A DNA stretch of 64,000 nt from positions 203,670,001 through 203,734,000 of the forward strand of contig OZ024741.1 in NCBI GenBank assembly GCA_964016885.1, read 5' to 3'. Every line of letters begins with the position of its first letter. Position 1 is the stretch's first letter. Both the position numbers and the translations under genes were made by a program. The DNA comes from Eledone cirrhosa. Taxonomy: Eukaryota. Shown piece after piece: positions 61,548 to 64,000 of this stretch. The notes under the pieces are model-generated. The model had not been told where the DNA came from and searched no databases. It worked only from the letters and a program-made list of their open reading frames with translations.

Positions 61548-62979
61548 TATATATATATATATATAAATCGGAAGATGTCTCTCTGTGTGTGTGTATGATT
61601 TTTATGCATTTCCACATTTTTCTACCAATTTTGATGATTTGTTTTCCAATGTGCTCCAAATTTACCAAGGCTGGTCAACGCGTAATAAAATTTTTCAAAA
61701 GTTTCCTGCTTCTATGAAAAAGATCGATAAAACTAAATACATGCTGTAACCCTCTCTCTTACACGCTTATTCACTCTCACTACTACCCTCAACAATCTAT
61801 GAAACTACATACATGTTGCAACTCTCTTTAAAAGGTTCATCCCTCCCTCTACTCCACTCCCAATCTCCTCTGCAACTCTCTTTAAAAGGTTCATCCCTCC
61901 CTCTACTCCCCCTTCAATCTCCTCTGCAACTCTCTTTAAAAGGTTATTGCCTCCGTCTACTACCCTATCACCACTACAATTTAGAACAGCGACAAAACTT
62001 CTTTTCAAGGAACGCGACACAAACTTTGAAAACTAAGCAACACATCGAATTATACAACAAACATAGCTTCACTCTCTCCGTCGCTCTTCCCTCTCTCTAC
62101 AATAGATTATTCCCCCTCTCTATAATTTAACTGCTTTACTCTCTTTATGTTTCGAGGTTTAACACACCTCCTTATGGTTTCTTAGCTTCACACTCTCCGT
62201 CGCTCTTCCCTCTCTCTATAATAGATCATTCCCCTCTTCGTTCAGGAACGCGAAATAAACTTTGATAACTAAGCAACACATCATTTTATACAACAACAAA
62301 CATAGTCATAACGACGCTCATACATCAAATAACAAAACTTAAAATGCCTATAAAACTAAATACATATTCCTCTGTCAACGTTACATTCTACATCAAATAA
62401 CAAATATTCAAAAGCAACAGATGAATTTATAAAACAACAAACGTAATCATAACGACCCTTAAGCATTCATTTACTTGAATCTCAATAAAGACTATATTTT
62501 ATTGTTGTCCTTTTTGTAATTTTTTCTTTGTTTTTAGCAATATGAGACAAAAAATTATTGAGAAAACTGTTTTCAGGAACGTCCGATTTCCATGATTTTT
62601 TTTCCAGTGTGCTCCAAAATATCGTCCCTGTTTACACTCGTTTGTGCTATAACTCAGACGTGCTTGGCTTACAGGTTTGACCTACTATTTGACGTGCATT
62701 CTTCATACAACTTACTTAATCACTGTTCAATTGAAATTTTTCGCTGCTCTCCCTTGACACCCAGCGGCATCAAGGCCACCATCTGCTAAATTCGCTATTG
62801 GAAGATTTTTAACCCATCATTGATTGTCCAAAATGGTAATTGGTTCGTAACTTTTAATAACCGGTTCAACTGCTTTATGCACTTAATTGATAAGCTTATT
62901 CGCTTTCAAGCCACATTTACCTGTATGTAACTTTTCATAGCAAATGAACAAACCCGAGCAACGCCGGGCTAAACTGCTA

Positions 62980-62980
<1 letters not shown>
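61548..62980 (+). mobile_element. Non-autonomous Helitron in tandem with the previous element
   Basis: Repeats the 5' region (54-bp internal repeats) and the same 3' hairpin + CTAG; lacks RepHel. Confidence 0.85.
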
Positions 62981-63055
<75 letters not shown>

Positions 63056-63256
63056 ATAGATAGATAGATAGATAGATAGATATAGATATAGATTTATATT
63101 AAAAGAGTCAGGACCCCGACGGCTGAGCTCCGGTGTTTCGACAGCTAGATCCGGCTCTTTTCCTATTACCTACTCTACTACTCTAAGTATCGAGTACTCT
63201 GGTGCGTTATGGTCCACCTGGTTCCTTACCACACTTTCTTCGTTATATATGTGTGT

Positions 63257-63333
<77 letters not shown>

Positions 63334-63680
63334 AAGGCGTGTGGCTTAATGGTTAGAACATTGGACCTACATCCTTACGATAGTGAGTTCGAATGCCGGA
63401 CCGGCATGTATGACTCAACAAGAGGTTTACGTGGATGACGAGTTTATGACTTCACTTGTATTCCTATGTAAATATATCTTGGAGTAATAAAATTGAAAAA
63501 GTGAAGAATAACATGGTCAACAGTACAAACAAGGAAATTTATTTACAGTCTAACAATTGTTTCAATGATAGAGTTGTCTAAAAATTGCTAAACAGTGAAG
63601 GCAGAGCCACTCAATTTAAAATACATGTTAACCCCATCATTTCGTCAGAGACTGAGTGAAAATATATTTTTATATTTTCT

Positions 63681-63722
<42 letters not shown>

Positions 63723-64000
63723 CACTTATATATATGTGCGTGTATGTATGTGTGTGTGTTCATATATCAGTCTCGCGATTTCAGAGTTAAATCACCGTTC
63801 TACTTCACATTATATGTTTAGTGATTTTCCCGCCGAGGTTGACTTTGCCTTTCATCCTTACGGGGTCGATAAAATAAAGTACCAGTAATACACTGGGATA
63901 ATTGCTGGCCTTATGCCTTAAGTAGAAACAATTATGTGTTTAGTGATTTTCTTCAATCGTTTGTACCCGCACCTGTACACTAAAATAATGAGCCTACCCT

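Overview
AT-rich, microsatellite-dense, intron-containing animal DNA. The SINE content and repeat landscape suggest a coleoid cephalopod (Octopus-like); this is inference. Two multi-exon glycosyltransferase genes lie tail-to-tail, both with their 5' ends outside the window. One is a divergent chitin synthase on + (7 exons, 1778-28318, all splice phases consistent) with an extra ~345-aa segment inside the catalytic domain. The other is a polypeptide GalNAc-transferase on - (5 exons, 51502-30116, including a ricin lectin domain). Introns hold Penelope-like elements (PLEs), two tandem Tx1-clade LINEs at TATC/TC microsatellites, RTE and CRE fragments, SINEs and Helitrons. Two signals stand out. 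(1) A PLE copy carries an apparent clustered sense-strand A->G hypermutation, as expected if an ADAR-hyperedited RNA was retro-inserted. (2) Many unrelated short elements in (TA)n tracts form fold-back hairpins and carry type I hammerhead ribozyme motifs. All calls are by eye; no alignment or database search was run.
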